Both the position numbers and the translations under genes were made by a program. The notes beneath the pieces were generated by a model, which was given only the letters and a program-made list of their open reading frames with translations, did no database searches and was not told the DNA's origin. DNA of 64,000 nucleotides from Halarcobacter sp. (GTDB taxonomy: Bacteria; Campylobacterota; Campylobacteria; Campylobacterales; Arcobacteraceae): positions 288,001 to 352,000 of the forward strand of contig OY781089.1 of assembly GCA_963676565.1 (NCBI GenBank), in the 5' to 3' direction. The stretch's first letter is position 1, and every line of letters starts with the position of its first letter. Shown one piece after another: positions 39,402-49,670 of the stretch.

Positions 39402-41984
39402 TTAATAATAAGAAAGTGGTAAAATGATTACAAAAATAACACCATCATTGTTATTTTTAGCAAAAATTTTACCACCCATGTTTTTTTCGATAATAGTCTT
39501 TGCCATATAAAGACCTATCCCTGTTCCTTGGTTTTCAAACTTTGTAGTAAAATAAGGTTCAAACATTCTATCCATAACCTCATCTTCAATTTTTCCACAG
39601 TTATTTTCTAGGGTTATTTTAATTTTATCCCCATAGTCAATAAAAATTTTGACATCTACTTTTGCATTAAAATCTGTTATTTGTTTTTTTATAATTGCTG
39701 CATCTGCTGCATTATTTAAGATATTTAAAACAACTTGTTGAAGTTCATTCATATAGTTTACTGTTTCAATATCTTCCCCTGAGATATTAAGTTCAATATT
39801 GTTTTTTTCAAATTGTGTTTCAACTATTTTAGCACATTGTAAAATTGAATCTTTTACATTAAATTTCACTTTATCCTTATTTGGTTGGTAAAAGTTTCTA
39901 AAATCATCAATGGTTTGAGACATATATTCAATTTGTAATTTTGTATCTTTTATAACTGAATCTAACTCCTCTTTATTTAAAGTACCATAACTATCTCTAA
40001 TAAAGTGTGTTAGAAGATTAATATTATTTAATGGTTGTCTCCATTGGTGAGCAATATTTCCTAACATCTCCCCCATAGCAGCAAGTTTACTTTGATGAAC
40101 TAATATTCTATCTTTCTCAATATTTTTTTCAACCTCTTCATCTATTTTGTGTTTCAACTCTTCTTCTGTTAGCTTCATTTCAGTAATATCACTTATATAA
40201 CCATAAAAATAAGCTACATTTCCAAAATCATCTTTTAAGAAAATAGTCCTTGTAAATACCCATCTTACATCACCATTTTTATCTTTCACTCTATAAACTT
40301 TTGTAAATGATTTTTCATCATTACTAACTGCTTTTTCAAGATCTTCTTTTAATTCTTTAATATCATCTTCATGGACAAAATCAAAATAGCTTACCTCTTT
40401 ACTTTGAAACTCTTGGGCACTATATCCATATGAACTAATAGATTTGGAAATATAATCCACACTTAAATTTTCATCATTTTTCCATTTAAAAATTACAATT
40501 CGTCCATACTCAACTAATAAATCAACATACTTTAATTCTTTAATTAGTTTTTTTCTTTGCTCAATATCCATAGACATCATTAACATTCGTTTATGATTAT
40601 TATCATTAAAAGCTTTCCCTCTAACTAATATCCATTTAAATTTATTGTTTTTATTTCTTATTCTATATTCACAAACAAAGTTTTCACTTTCCCCATCAAG
40701 GTGTTTGTTAAATTTATTCATAACAAGTTGTCTATCTTCATAATGGATTAATTCAAACCACTCATCAAGATTATTTATATCTCCATCTTCATAACCAAAC
40801 ATATCAAGCCATTTTTTAGAAAAATAGATATGTTTAGTTTTTAAATCAATATCCCAAAGACCATCATTTGAAGCAATAATTGCAAGTTCATATCTCTCTT
40901 TCCATTTTTTATACATAATATTTCTAGTTTCTAATCTTTTATTGTATCTATGAAATATTTTATTTATAAACTTTGAAAAAATTGTTGAAGCAACAATCAG
41001 AAAGATTGCTATTAAAATCACAATTGAAATAGAAATTGATAGTTTTGAATTATATTCATATCTTAACTGCGCAATCTTATTTGGAAGGGAAAAACTTTTT
41101 ATTGATATTAGAAAATTGTATTTTGAGAAATTATGGATATCACTACTAGTTGTTGTTTCATTATTTATATATTTTTTCAAAATCTCATTTGAACTATTTA
41201 ATCTATCTTGGTCCAAAATATACTTTGCATCAATTTTTTGTCCCTTATTATAGTAGTTGTAAACATACCCTAAATTATAATCATAAAACCAAAAATAAGA
41301 ATCTTTGTAATATTTACTTTTTTGAACTATTGAATTTAATATTGCATTTCTAGTTGAGTTTTTCATATCATCAATTTTTGAAAAAGCCCCTAAAAATAAA
41401 TCTTCATTTTCTAACTCTTTAAAAAAACTTAGTCTAATTTTCCTTTTATCACTATCTATCCAATATATTAAATTATCACTTCCTATGTAAGCAATATTCT
41501 TTAACATATGGTGTCTAAAATTATCAATCTTAATATTTGAATTTGTAATTACTTTTAGATAATCAATTATTTCTTTTCCATAAAGCAATTCAAAATCTTT
41601 TTTATTAAACAAAACAAAATCAAAACCACTTTCATCTTCAATTTTTTTAATTTGATTCTTAAGTAGAGAAAGATTAATATTGTTATTGCTTAAATTTATA
41701 TACCCATATAAAGAGAGCACCGCTTCATTTAAAGCTTTTTCTTCATTATCAAAAGAGGAACTTGCATTGAATTTTATATCCGAAATATATTCATTTAAAA
41801 TTGTTTCTTTATTATAACTATCTTCTTGTATGTATAAAAAAGTATTGTTCTTTTTTTCAAACTCCAACACAAAGGTAATCACTAAAATAGCAATAAAAGA
41901 AATTAAAAAAACAAAGATTAATGGTGTAAAAACAATATGTTTTCTAATATCTGAAAGAGTATAAAACTTTCTTTTTTTAATCAT
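39402..41984 (-). CDS. PAS-domain sensor histidine kinase
   Basis: Two TM helices, two PAS/PAC domains (GLWD..., FVHEDD), IAHQWRQPL, GTGIGLY; start MIKKRK overlaps truA end. Confidence 0.92.
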   Translation of the reverse strand: MIKKRKFYTLSDIRKHIVFTPLIFVFLISFIAILVITFVLEFEKKNNTFLYIQEDSYNKETILNEYISDIKFNASSSFDNEEKALNEAVLSLYGYINLSNNNINLSLLKNQIKKIEDESGFDFVLFNKKDFELLYGKEIIDYLKVITNSNIKIDNFRHHMLKNIAYIGSDNLIYWIDSDKRKIRLSFFKELENEDLFLGAFSKIDDMKNSTRNAILNSIVQKSKYYKDSYFWFYDYNLGYVYNYYNKGQKIDAKYILDQDRLNSSNEILKKYINNETTTSSDIHNFSKYNFLISIKSFSLPNKIAQLRYEYNSKLSISISIVILIAIFLIVASTIFSKFINKIFHRYNKRLETRNIMYKKWKERYELAIIASNDGLWDIDLKTKHIYFSKKWLDMFGYEDGDINNLDEWFELIHYEDRQLVMNKFNKHLDGESENFVCEYRIRNKNNKFKWILVRGKAFNDNNHKRMLMMSMDIEQRKKLIKELKYVDLLVEYGRIVIFKWKNDENLSVDYISKSISSYGYSAQEFQSKEVSYFDFVHEDDIKELKEDLEKAVSNDEKSFTKVYRVKDKNGDVRWVFTRTIFLKDDFGNVAYFYGYISDITEMKLTEEELKHKIDEEVEKNIEKDRILVHQSKLAAMGEMLGNIAHQWRQPLNNINLLTHFIRDSYGTLNKEELDSVIKDTKLQIEYMSQTIDDFRNFYQPNKDKVKFNVKDSILQCAKIVETQFEKNNIELNISGEDIETVNYMNELQQVVLNILNNAADAAIIKKQITDFNAKVDVKIFIDYGDKIKITLENNCGKIEDEVMDRMFEPYFTTKFENQGTGIGLYMAKTIIEKNMGGKIFAKNNNDGVIFVIILPLSYY

Positions 41985-42705
41985 TATATATAACCTTGGT
42001 AAGATATAAACCATATGGACTGGCAGGTTTTCTATAAATATATTTCTCTTTTTTTAATTGAGACAACAAATCATCTTTTGATAATTCCCCTTTACCCACT
42101 TCTAATAAAAAGCCAACCATCAATCTAATTTGCGAACGTAAATAAGAATTTGCTGTAAATTTAAAAACATAAAAATCTTTACACTTATAAAATGATGTTT
42201 TAAAAACTTCCCTTACAGTATTATCTTTATCACTTCCTTTTTTGTGGAAATATTCAAAATCATGAATTCCCTCAAATAGTTTTATAGCCTCTTTAATTTT
42301 TTCCTCATTAAAATCTTCACAATGGGAAATATACTTTGAATTAAAAACACTTACTTGCTTTTTTGTAACTAAATATCTATACACTCTCTTTTTTGCACTG
42401 AATCTTGAGTGAAATCTTTCATCTACTTCTTTTAAATTATGTACTTTTATTGATATTGGAAGATGTCTGTTCATAATATCTTTTAGCTTTTTTAAATTAT
42501 ACCAATAAGAAGGGATTATTGCATTAAAAACTTGACCGGTTGCATGAACATCTTTATCTGTTCTTCCACTAAGAATAATCTTAGTATCTATGTTTAAAGA
42601 ATTAAAAACATCTTGAAGTTTGTCTTGAACGCTTAAACCATTTGGTTGAGTTTGACTACCTGCATACTCACTCCCATCATATGAGATTGTAAACTTTACA
42701 TTCAT
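41977..42705 (-). CDS. truA: tRNA pseudouridine(38-40) synthase
   Basis: SYDGS, GRTDKDVHA, FHSRFSA. Confidence 0.95.
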   Translation of the reverse strand: MNVKFTISYDGSEYAGSQTQPNGLSVQDKLQDVFNSLNIDTKIILSGRTDKDVHATGQVFNAIIPSYWYNLKKLKDIMNRHLPISIKVHNLKEVDERFHSRFSAKKRVYRYLVTKKQVSVFNSKYISHCEDFNEEKIKEAIKLFEGIHDFEYFHKKGSDKDNTVREVFKTSFYKCKDFYVFKFTANSYLRSQIRLMVGFLLEVGKGELSKDDLLSQLKKEKYIYRKPASPYGLYLTKVIYND

Positions 42706-42707
42706 AA

Positions 42708-43724
42708 TTAATACTGTTGTTTAACACTTCTGTGATACATAAAATATGTAAAAATAATCCATGATAAAGGAACTACATATAAAGAGTGTAATAATAAGTT
42801 ATCAACACTTACTTGCATAAATATATAATATGCTGTAACAAAAATTACTGCTTTCATAACTGCTTTATTTTTCTCATACCTAGGATTAAAATATCCTGCA
42901 TAAACAACTAAAAGAAGTGAAATTAAAGGAAAGATTGAGACTAAAATATTAAATGAAAATCTATCAGTATTCTGATTCATTAAAAAATTAGCTTTCCAAT
43001 AATTAAATGAAGTTGTAAAATCTTCAATATCGCTATCAACGATTGAATCATTTAAATACATGTTTTTATAGTCGATTTGATTAAGCTCTTCATCATCAAT
43101 TACAAAAGATTTTCCATTTATAAATTTAAAACTTAGATTACCATTTTCATTTTCTAAAACTGCATTATCTGAAATAATAAATTGATCTTTATTATCTTTA
43201 GTTTTAAAAAGTTTAACCTTTGAATATTTTTTATCATCTTTATCTTCTATATAAATTAACCAATCACCAAATTTTTGACCAAACTCAGAAGCTTTTATAT
43301 TAAAGTTTGCCTCTTTTTTCTTTTGCTCAATAAAAGCTTTGTTTAGATATTTTGCTTTTGGAATTAAACCAACGGATATAATTATTAAAGCGATTGTCAT
43401 AAGTATAGTTACAGGGAAAAAAATCTTTATAATATTTAATGGATTTAGACCAAATGAGGTTATTACAATAAGTTCATATTCACTAGATAGTTTAGATAAA
43501 GTTATCACTAATGATATAAAAAAAGATATTGGCAGAGTAAAAAATATAATTGTTGGCATAACATAACTATAAAGTTTTAGTAACTCTACAAAGTTTATGG
43601 TAATAGCAGAACTTAATGATGCAATTTTTACTAAAAATATGATTGATGTTATAAAATATAATCCTAAAAAAATAGGAAAAAATGTTTGAGATAACTGGCT
43701 AAGTAAGTACTCTTTTAATTTCAA
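42708..43724 (-). CDS. LptF/LptG family LPS export permease
   Basis: LP.SFFIS, SSEYEL....SFG; 3+3 TM layout. Confidence 0.85.
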   Translation of the reverse strand: MKLKEYLLSQLSQTFFPIFLGLYFITSIIFLVKIASLSSAITINFVELLKLYSYVMPTIIFFTLPISFFISLVITLSKLSSEYELIVITSFGLNPLNIIKIFFPVTILMTIALIIISVGLIPKAKYLNKAFIEQKKKEANFNIKASEFGQKFGDWLIYIEDKDDKKYSKVKLFKTKDNKDQFIISDNAVLENENGNLSFKFINGKSFVIDDEELNQIDYKNMYLNDSIVDSDIEDFTTSFNYWKANFLMNQNTDRFSFNILVSIFPLISLLLVVYAGYFNPRYEKNKAVMKAVIFVTAYYIFMQVSVDNLLLHSLYVVPLSWIIFTYFMYHRSVKQQY

Positions 43725-44482
43725 TTAAAAACCTTTGATATATTAAAAAAATATTCAACAATTAAACCTAAACTTAGATAGGGAATAAAAGGTGTTTGAA
43801 TGTCTTTTTTCTTTATTTGAAAATATATAGATGGTATTATAGCAAAAAGTGATGATAAAAATATTGCTATAAATGTTCCTGGAAATCCTAATATTGCTCC
43901 AATAGATGCTAAAATAGGAATATCCCCCTCCCCTAAAGCTTCTTGTTCTTTTAAAGATTCATCTTTTAATATTCTTGACTTTATATTTTGAATATAAAAA
44001 GTTATCACAAAATTCAATAAAATAAAAGCACCTGAGACAATAAAAGCATCCTTAAAGGCATCTAACAAATCTTTTTGTGTAATTACAAATGAAAACACCA
44101 ATGCAATTAATAAAAGATAATCAGGAACCGCTTTATATTTAAAATCAATAAAAGATAAGACAATTAAAGTATAAAAAAATATCATTGAAAAAAGAAGTTC
44201 AATAGATAAACCAAGTTTTAGATATAACCCTAATGTTAATAAAGCTGTTAAAAACTCAACAATAGGATATTGTAAAGAGATTTTTTCTCCACACTCTTTA
44301 CATTTCCCCTTTAAATATATATATGAAAATAGTGGTATATTTAAGTACCAAGGGATAAGAGTTTCACAACTTGTACATCTACTTCTAGGAGTTATAAAAG
44401 ATTTTTTTATTGGAAGTCTATAAATTAGTACATTTAAAAATGACCCAATAAGAAGTCCAAATATAAAACTAAATACCTCCAA
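43721..44482 (-). CDS. pilD: Prepilin peptidase (A24)
   Basis: GSFLNV.IYRLP, two CxxC pairs, IDF, GEGD, PFIPYL. Confidence 0.92.
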   Translation of the reverse strand: MEVFSFIFGLLIGSFLNVLIYRLPIKKSFITPRSRCTSCETLIPWYLNIPLFSYIYLKGKCKECGEKISLQYPIVEFLTALLTLGLYLKLGLSIELLFSMIFFYTLIVLSFIDFKYKAVPDYLLLIALVFSFVITQKDLLDAFKDAFIVSGAFILLNFVITFYIQNIKSRILKDESLKEQEALGEGDIPILASIGAILGFPGTFIAIFLSSLFAIIPSIYFQIKKKDIQTPFIPYLSLGLIVEYFFNISKVFN

Positions 44483-45155
44483 ATCTTCTCTCTCGATTTG
44501 TAAAATCGCTAATTAAATCATCTAATTCTGAAGGTGTAAACTCAGGCCAAAAGGTAGGTGTAAAAAACATCTCGGCATAAGCATTTTGCCAAAGAAGATA
44601 ATTTGATAATCTAACTTCTCCACTTGTTCTAATTAACATATCAACATCAGGCATTCCTGCAGTATCCAAACAAGATTCAAAATTCTCTTTTGTAATCTCT
44701 AAACCTTTTTCCTGCATCTTTTTCATAGCCCTTAACATTTCATCTTGAGAACCATAATTTAAGGCTAAAACTTGAGTTAGTTTTGTTCCATGACTAGTTT
44801 TTTCTTCTGTTTCTTTTATTGTTTTTTGTAAAGATTTTGAAAATTTTGAGATATCTCCAATAGCTTTTAATCTAGTTTGATTTTCTAAATAAACTGGTAA
44901 CTCTTTTTTCAACCAATTTTCTAAAAGCTTCATTAAAAATTCAACTTCTAATTTTGGTCTTGACCAATTTTCTGTTGAAAAAGCATATAAAGTTAGATAT
45001 TTAACTCCAATATTAGAGCAGTGTGTAGTAATATCCCTAACTCTTTTTGCTCCCTCTTCATGGCCGGCAGTTCGTTTTAACTCTCGCTCTTTTGCCCATC
45101 TACCATTACCATCCATGATAATAGCTATATGTTTTGGGATATTATTTTCAGTCAT
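44469..45155 (-). CDS. uppS: Undecaprenyl diphosphate synthase
   Basis: HIAIIMDGNGRWA, FSTENW, RTSGE.RLSNYLLWQ. Confidence 0.97.
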   Translation of the reverse strand: MTENNIPKHIAIIMDGNGRWAKERELKRTAGHEEGAKRVRDITTHCSNIGVKYLTLYAFSTENWSRPKLEVEFLMKLLENWLKKELPVYLENQTRLKAIGDISKFSKSLQKTIKETEEKTSHGTKLTQVLALNYGSQDEMLRAMKKMQEKGLEITKENFESCLDTAGMPDVDMLIRTSGEVRLSNYLLWQNAYAEMFFTPTFWPEFTPSELDDLISDFTNRERRFGGI

Positions 45156-46365
45156 TATTTACAAACTCTTCTTTTACTTTTTTTATTAAATCCATTGAAA
45201 TATCAAATTTGTCTCCACAAAAAGTGCTTGAACCATTTTTTGTAATAAACTCAATAATATTTGACTCACTTCCAAAATAGTTTTCATCATCAATAATATT
45301 TAAACAAACGCCATCAATATTTTTCTTCTCTATCATTGAGCTTGCGTTGTTTTTAGCATTTTGCTTATCCATTTCAGCTTTAAAACCAATAGTTATAATA
45401 TCTTTTTTATTTAAACTATTTAAGATATCAATATTTAAAGATAGTTGTAAATTCCAAGTCTCACCGAGGTTTTCTTTTTTTAGTTTACCATTACTTTTAG
45501 GTGGGATATAATCACTTACAGCTGCAGCCATAAATAAAAATGGTTTTTTACTTTTTTCACTATTTTCTATACTATTTTTTAAATTTTCAAACATCTGTTT
45601 TGATGAATTAACTTGTGATATTTTTATAGATTTTGGAAGGTTTTCATAACCCCTTGAACTAACTAAAGTTACCTTTGCACCTTTTAAATATAAAGCTTTT
45701 GCTAAAGATGAAGCCATTTTCCCTGAAGAGAAATTTGAGATATATCTAACATCATCTATTTTTTCTAAAGTTCCACCACCACTTATAATTACCTCTCTAT
45801 TATCCCAATACTCATCTTTTAAAAGTTGTTTTGATGTTTCATAAAAGATTTCTTCGGGTTCAGCCATTGCTCCATCGCCAACATCTTTACAAGCTAACTC
45901 TTTTATTTGTGATGAGATTATCTTGAAATTGTACTTTTCAAGTTTTTTAAGACTATCAACAGTAATTTGATTTTGTATCATATTTGTATTTGCTGCAGGA
46001 GCTATTAACTTTAAATTTGGATATGCTAAAACTGTTTGAGTTAAAAGATTATCAGCTATTCCATTTGCTAATTTGTTTATAGTGTTTGCTGTTGCAGGGG
46101 CTATTACAAAAATATCTGCCCACTTTCCAATATCTATATGGTTATAAACTGATTTTTTGTCCCAAGATTCTGTTTGATCACATAAGACTTTGTTTTGAGA
46201 AATTGCTTCAAAAGTTAGTGGCGTTATAAACTTTGTAGCAGCCTTTGTCATTATAACTTTTACATTAGCTCCTTGCTTTATATAAAGTCTAATAAGCTCT
46301 AAACTTTTATAAATAGCAATAGAACTACTTATCCCAACTAAAATATTTTTATCTTTTAACAACAT
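45148..46365 (-). CDS. coaBC: Bifunctional phosphopantothenoylcysteine decarboxylase/ligase
   Basis: APATANT, LACKDVG.G, IDDVRYISNFSSGKM, AAAVSDY. Confidence 0.96.
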   Translation of the reverse strand: MLLKDKNILVGISSSIAIYKSLELIRLYIKQGANVKVIMTKAATKFITPLTFEAISQNKVLCDQTESWDKKSVYNHIDIGKWADIFVIAPATANTINKLANGIADNLLTQTVLAYPNLKLIAPAANTNMIQNQITVDSLKKLEKYNFKIISSQIKELACKDVGDGAMAEPEEIFYETSKQLLKDEYWDNREVIISGGGTLEKIDDVRYISNFSSGKMASSLAKALYLKGAKVTLVSSRGYENLPKSIKISQVNSSKQMFENLKNSIENSEKSKKPFLFMAAAVSDYIPPKSNGKLKKENLGETWNLQLSLNIDILNSLNKKDIITIGFKAEMDKQNAKNNASSMIEKKNIDGVCLNIIDDENYFGSESNIIEFITKNGSSTFCGDKFDISMDLIKKVKEEFVNND

Positions 46366-46374
46366 CTATTTTCT

Positions 46375-47670
46375 TTATTTCTTATTTCCAAAATGTTTAT
46401 AAAAATAGCCATCAATTTTTTTTGCTTTACTTCTTGTTAAATAAAGTTCACCTGCTTTAACATCACCTGTTACAGTTGAGCCAGCACCAATTAATACATC
46501 ATCTTCAATATTAACTGGGGCTACAAATTGAGTATCACTTCCTACAAATACATTTTTTCCAATAATAGTTTTATACTTTTTAATTCCATCATAATTACAA
46601 GTAATTGTTCCACAACCAATATTTGTGCCCTCATCAATCTCACAATCTCCAAGATATGACAAATGCCCCGCTTTTACGCCATTTAATTTTGCTTTTTTTG
46701 TTTCTACAAAATTTCCTAAGTGAGTCCCAATTATTTCGCTTCCTGGTCTAACCCTTGCCATTGGTCCAGCATCACTATCTATTAACACAGCATCTTCAAT
46801 CACTGTATTTGTTTTTATATGAGAATTTACAATTTTAGTATTTCCTAATAAAGTAACTCCATTTTCTAAAATAGATTCACCTTCAATAGTAACACCCTCT
46901 TCTATATAAATAGTATCAGGCAATCGCATAATAACTCCAGCTTTTAAGAACTCTCTTTTTATTCTATTTTGGTGAATCACTTCAGCTTCAGATAAATCTA
47001 ATTTTGAATTTACACCTTTAAAGTTTTCTTCATTTACAATAAGTGGTTTTAAAACTAGTCCTTGATTTATAGCCATCTCAACTAAATCAGTAATATAGTA
47101 TTCTTTTTGGGCATTGTCATTTGAAAGTTTTGGCAGGTTTTCAAGTAAGAATTTTGAACAAAACTGATAAATTCCAGCATTTGCAGTTGTAACTGCTAAC
47201 TCACTTTGAGAAGCATCTTTTTGTTCAACAATTTTTTTAACATTTCCATTTTCAATAATCACTCTTCCATAACCATCTGCGCTTTGAAGCTCAAGTACAG
47301 ACATAACAATTGTTGCATCAATATCAAATTTTTTAAGCTCATCAGCTTGAATTAAAGGCATATCTCCATTTAAAACCAACACTTTTTCATATTTTGGTTT
47401 TATTCCCATAACAGCACCACCAGTTCCTGGATAGTTTTCATGGTCTTGAATTACATAATTTATTCCATCAAAATATTTTTCCATTTCCCCTTGAACTTTT
47501 TGAGCTTGATGAAATAATACTACTGTAATATCATCACTTAATTCTAAAGCTTCTTTAATTGAATAGTAAAGCATTGGTTTCCCAGAGATTTTATGTAAAA
47601 CCTTTGGAAGGTTTGATTTCATCCTTGTTCCAGCACCAGCTGCTAAAATTATTATAGATTTATTTGACAT
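46375..47670 (-). CDS. glmU: Bifunctional UDP-GlcNAc pyrophosphorylase/acetyltransferase
   Basis: LAAGAGTRMKS, GYGR, EYYITD, GNFVETK, HLSYLGD. Confidence 0.97.
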   Translation of the reverse strand: MSNKSIIILAAGAGTRMKSNLPKVLHKISGKPMLYYSIKEALELSDDITVVLFHQAQKVQGEMEKYFDGINYVIQDHENYPGTGGAVMGIKPKYEKVLVLNGDMPLIQADELKKFDIDATIVMSVLELQSADGYGRVIIENGNVKKIVEQKDASQSELAVTTANAGIYQFCSKFLLENLPKLSNDNAQKEYYITDLVEMAINQGLVLKPLIVNEENFKGVNSKLDLSEAEVIHQNRIKREFLKAGVIMRLPDTIYIEEGVTIEGESILENGVTLLGNTKIVNSHIKTNTVIEDAVLIDSDAGPMARVRPGSEIIGTHLGNFVETKKAKLNGVKAGHLSYLGDCEIDEGTNIGCGTITCNYDGIKKYKTIIGKNVFVGSDTQFVAPVNIEDDVLIGAGSTVTGDVKAGELYLTRSKAKKIDGYFYKHFGNKK

Positions 47671-47676
47671 TAATTT

Positions 47677-49617
47677 TTATCCTTCTAAAGCTTCTTTTAT
47701 CTCTTTTTTTAAGTTTTCAATAACCTCTTCAATTGCTGTTCTCATTTTTGTATCAGTTATATTTGCATCTAATAAATTATCTAAATTTTTTTCTCTTTCT
47801 TTAAAAAACTTTGCTACTGATTTACTTTTTTTATTGTGGTTATACATTAGTACGCCAGATAAAATAAGTACAACAACAAGTTTTGTATGCCCTAAAATTG
47901 CAGCATAGTTTAATATAGTAAATCCTGCAAAATCAGGTTCATTTATATTTGCTCCTGCTGCTATTAAAAGTCTTGCAATTTTATAATTACCTTTCCATTG
48001 AGTATGGTGTAAAGCTGTTCTTCCTTGTTTATCTTTTATATCTAAATTAACTTTTTTAGTAAGAAGTTTTTCCATCACTTCTAAATCATTTGCAAAGGCA
48101 GCTTTATGGAAAACTGTTCGTCCCTCTTTATCAATGGTATTAACATCAATCCTAAATTTTAAAAGAAAAACTAACTTTTCTAAGAATACTTCTTTTTCTT
48201 TGTTGTTTTTAATTTCAAGACCTCTATCAACTAAATAAGATAAAGGTGTATTCATATCATTATCAACAATATTTAAATCAAGTCCAGCATTAACAAAGAT
48301 TTTTATTAACTCTAAATTATCATAATCAAGTAGATCATAAATAATTGTTTTTCCATCACTTCTTGGTTCATTTATCCTTGGCTTAAATAAAAGCATTTTC
48401 TTTAAAAGTTGAAAATAATCATCTTTTAAATCCAAATCAAAAAATCTCTTTGAACTTGGCTTTTTATTATTTCTTGTGATTAGTACAGCTTCTGCTAAAT
48501 CATCAATTATTGTTTTTTCATTAAAATCTCTATGGTCAATATCTGCACCTCTAGCAATTAGATGGTCTATCATATTCATATTTGATTGACCCTTTAAAAC
48601 GGCATCAAATATAACTGTACGTCCCTCTTTGTCTTGTGCATTTACATCAGCCCCAGAGGCTATTAAAAAATCAATAGTGTCGTAATTTTGCCTTTCAACT
48701 TCTTTGTAAAGAATCGTTTTTCCATCAATATCAGTTCTATCAACTGCAAGTCCCATATCTATTAAGATTCCAGTTAATTTTAAGTAGTTTCTATCTGAGC
48801 TTACTAATCTATATTTTCCTTCAACTTTTTCATCGGGTTTATTTACTATTGCAAGAAGTTTTAAAATCTCATCAAGTATAGTTTTTTCTGCGTAATCTTT
48901 TATATTTAATTTTGCACCCTTTTCAATTAATAATTCAATAATTGGAAGATTTGTTGAACCTAAAATAACTGCATTAAATAAAGCTGTTTGACGCTTTTTA
49001 TTCAAAATATTTACATCTATTCCATTTGAGATTAAAAATTTTGCTACTTCAGGATTCTCTTTTAAAACTGCATTAAATAAAACTGATTGTCCATCATTAT
49101 CAACAATATTAATATCATCTATATTATTTACAACTTCTCTTATAATATCAATATTTCCACCATCAACAGCATCAAAAAGTACAGTTCTACCGTAATGGTC
49201 TCTAATATCTAGATTTGGGTTTTGTGTCATTAGGATTCTAAATGCTTTTTCGTTCTCTTCTAAAGCTGCATCATGTAAAACTGTTCTTCCTGAAGAATTG
49301 ATATGATTTACAGAAGCACCATGCTCAAGTAAAAATCTTATCATCATCCCATCAATTTTATCAACAGCTTCACTTAAAACTGTTTTTCCAAAATTATCCT
49401 CAGAATTAATATCTATTCCGTTTCTAATTAAAAGTTTTATTGATTCTATTCTTCTTTTTGCAGACAATTCAAAGAGCATGGTTCGCCCTTTTGCATCTTT
49501 TCTATTTATATTTACTCCACTATCGATTAAAGTTTGTATTTTCTTTTCATCAATATAGTTTTTAAGTAATTCTTTTTGTAAAGCTTCTGCACCATCAGTT
49601 TTAAACATTCCAAGCAT
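47677..49617 (-). CDS. Ankyrin repeat protein
   Basis: More than ten D..G.T.L..A / LI..GADVN repeats. Confidence 0.92.
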   Translation of the reverse strand: MLGMFKTDGAEALQKELLKNYIDEKKIQTLIDSGVNINRKDAKGRTMLFELSAKRRIESIKLLIRNGIDINSEDNFGKTVLSEAVDKIDGMMIRFLLEHGASVNHINSSGRTVLHDAALEENEKAFRILMTQNPNLDIRDHYGRTVLFDAVDGGNIDIIREVVNNIDDINIVDNDGQSVLFNAVLKENPEVAKFLISNGIDVNILNKKRQTALFNAVILGSTNLPIIELLIEKGAKLNIKDYAEKTILDEILKLLAIVNKPDEKVEGKYRLVSSDRNYLKLTGILIDMGLAVDRTDIDGKTILYKEVERQNYDTIDFLIASGADVNAQDKEGRTVIFDAVLKGQSNMNMIDHLIARGADIDHRDFNEKTIIDDLAEAVLITRNNKKPSSKRFFDLDLKDDYFQLLKKMLLFKPRINEPRSDGKTIIYDLLDYDNLELIKIFVNAGLDLNIVDNDMNTPLSYLVDRGLEIKNNKEKEVFLEKLVFLLKFRIDVNTIDKEGRTVFHKAAFANDLEVMEKLLTKKVNLDIKDKQGRTALHHTQWKGNYKIARLLIAAGANINEPDFAGFTILNYAAILGHTKLVVVLILSGVLMYNHNKKSKSVAKFFKEREKNLDNLLDANITDTKMRTAIEEVIENLKKEIKEALEG

Positions 49618-49670
49618 CTAATAATTCCTATCAAAGTTGCGTAAAGTAATAGATTATATCAAAAAAAAAT

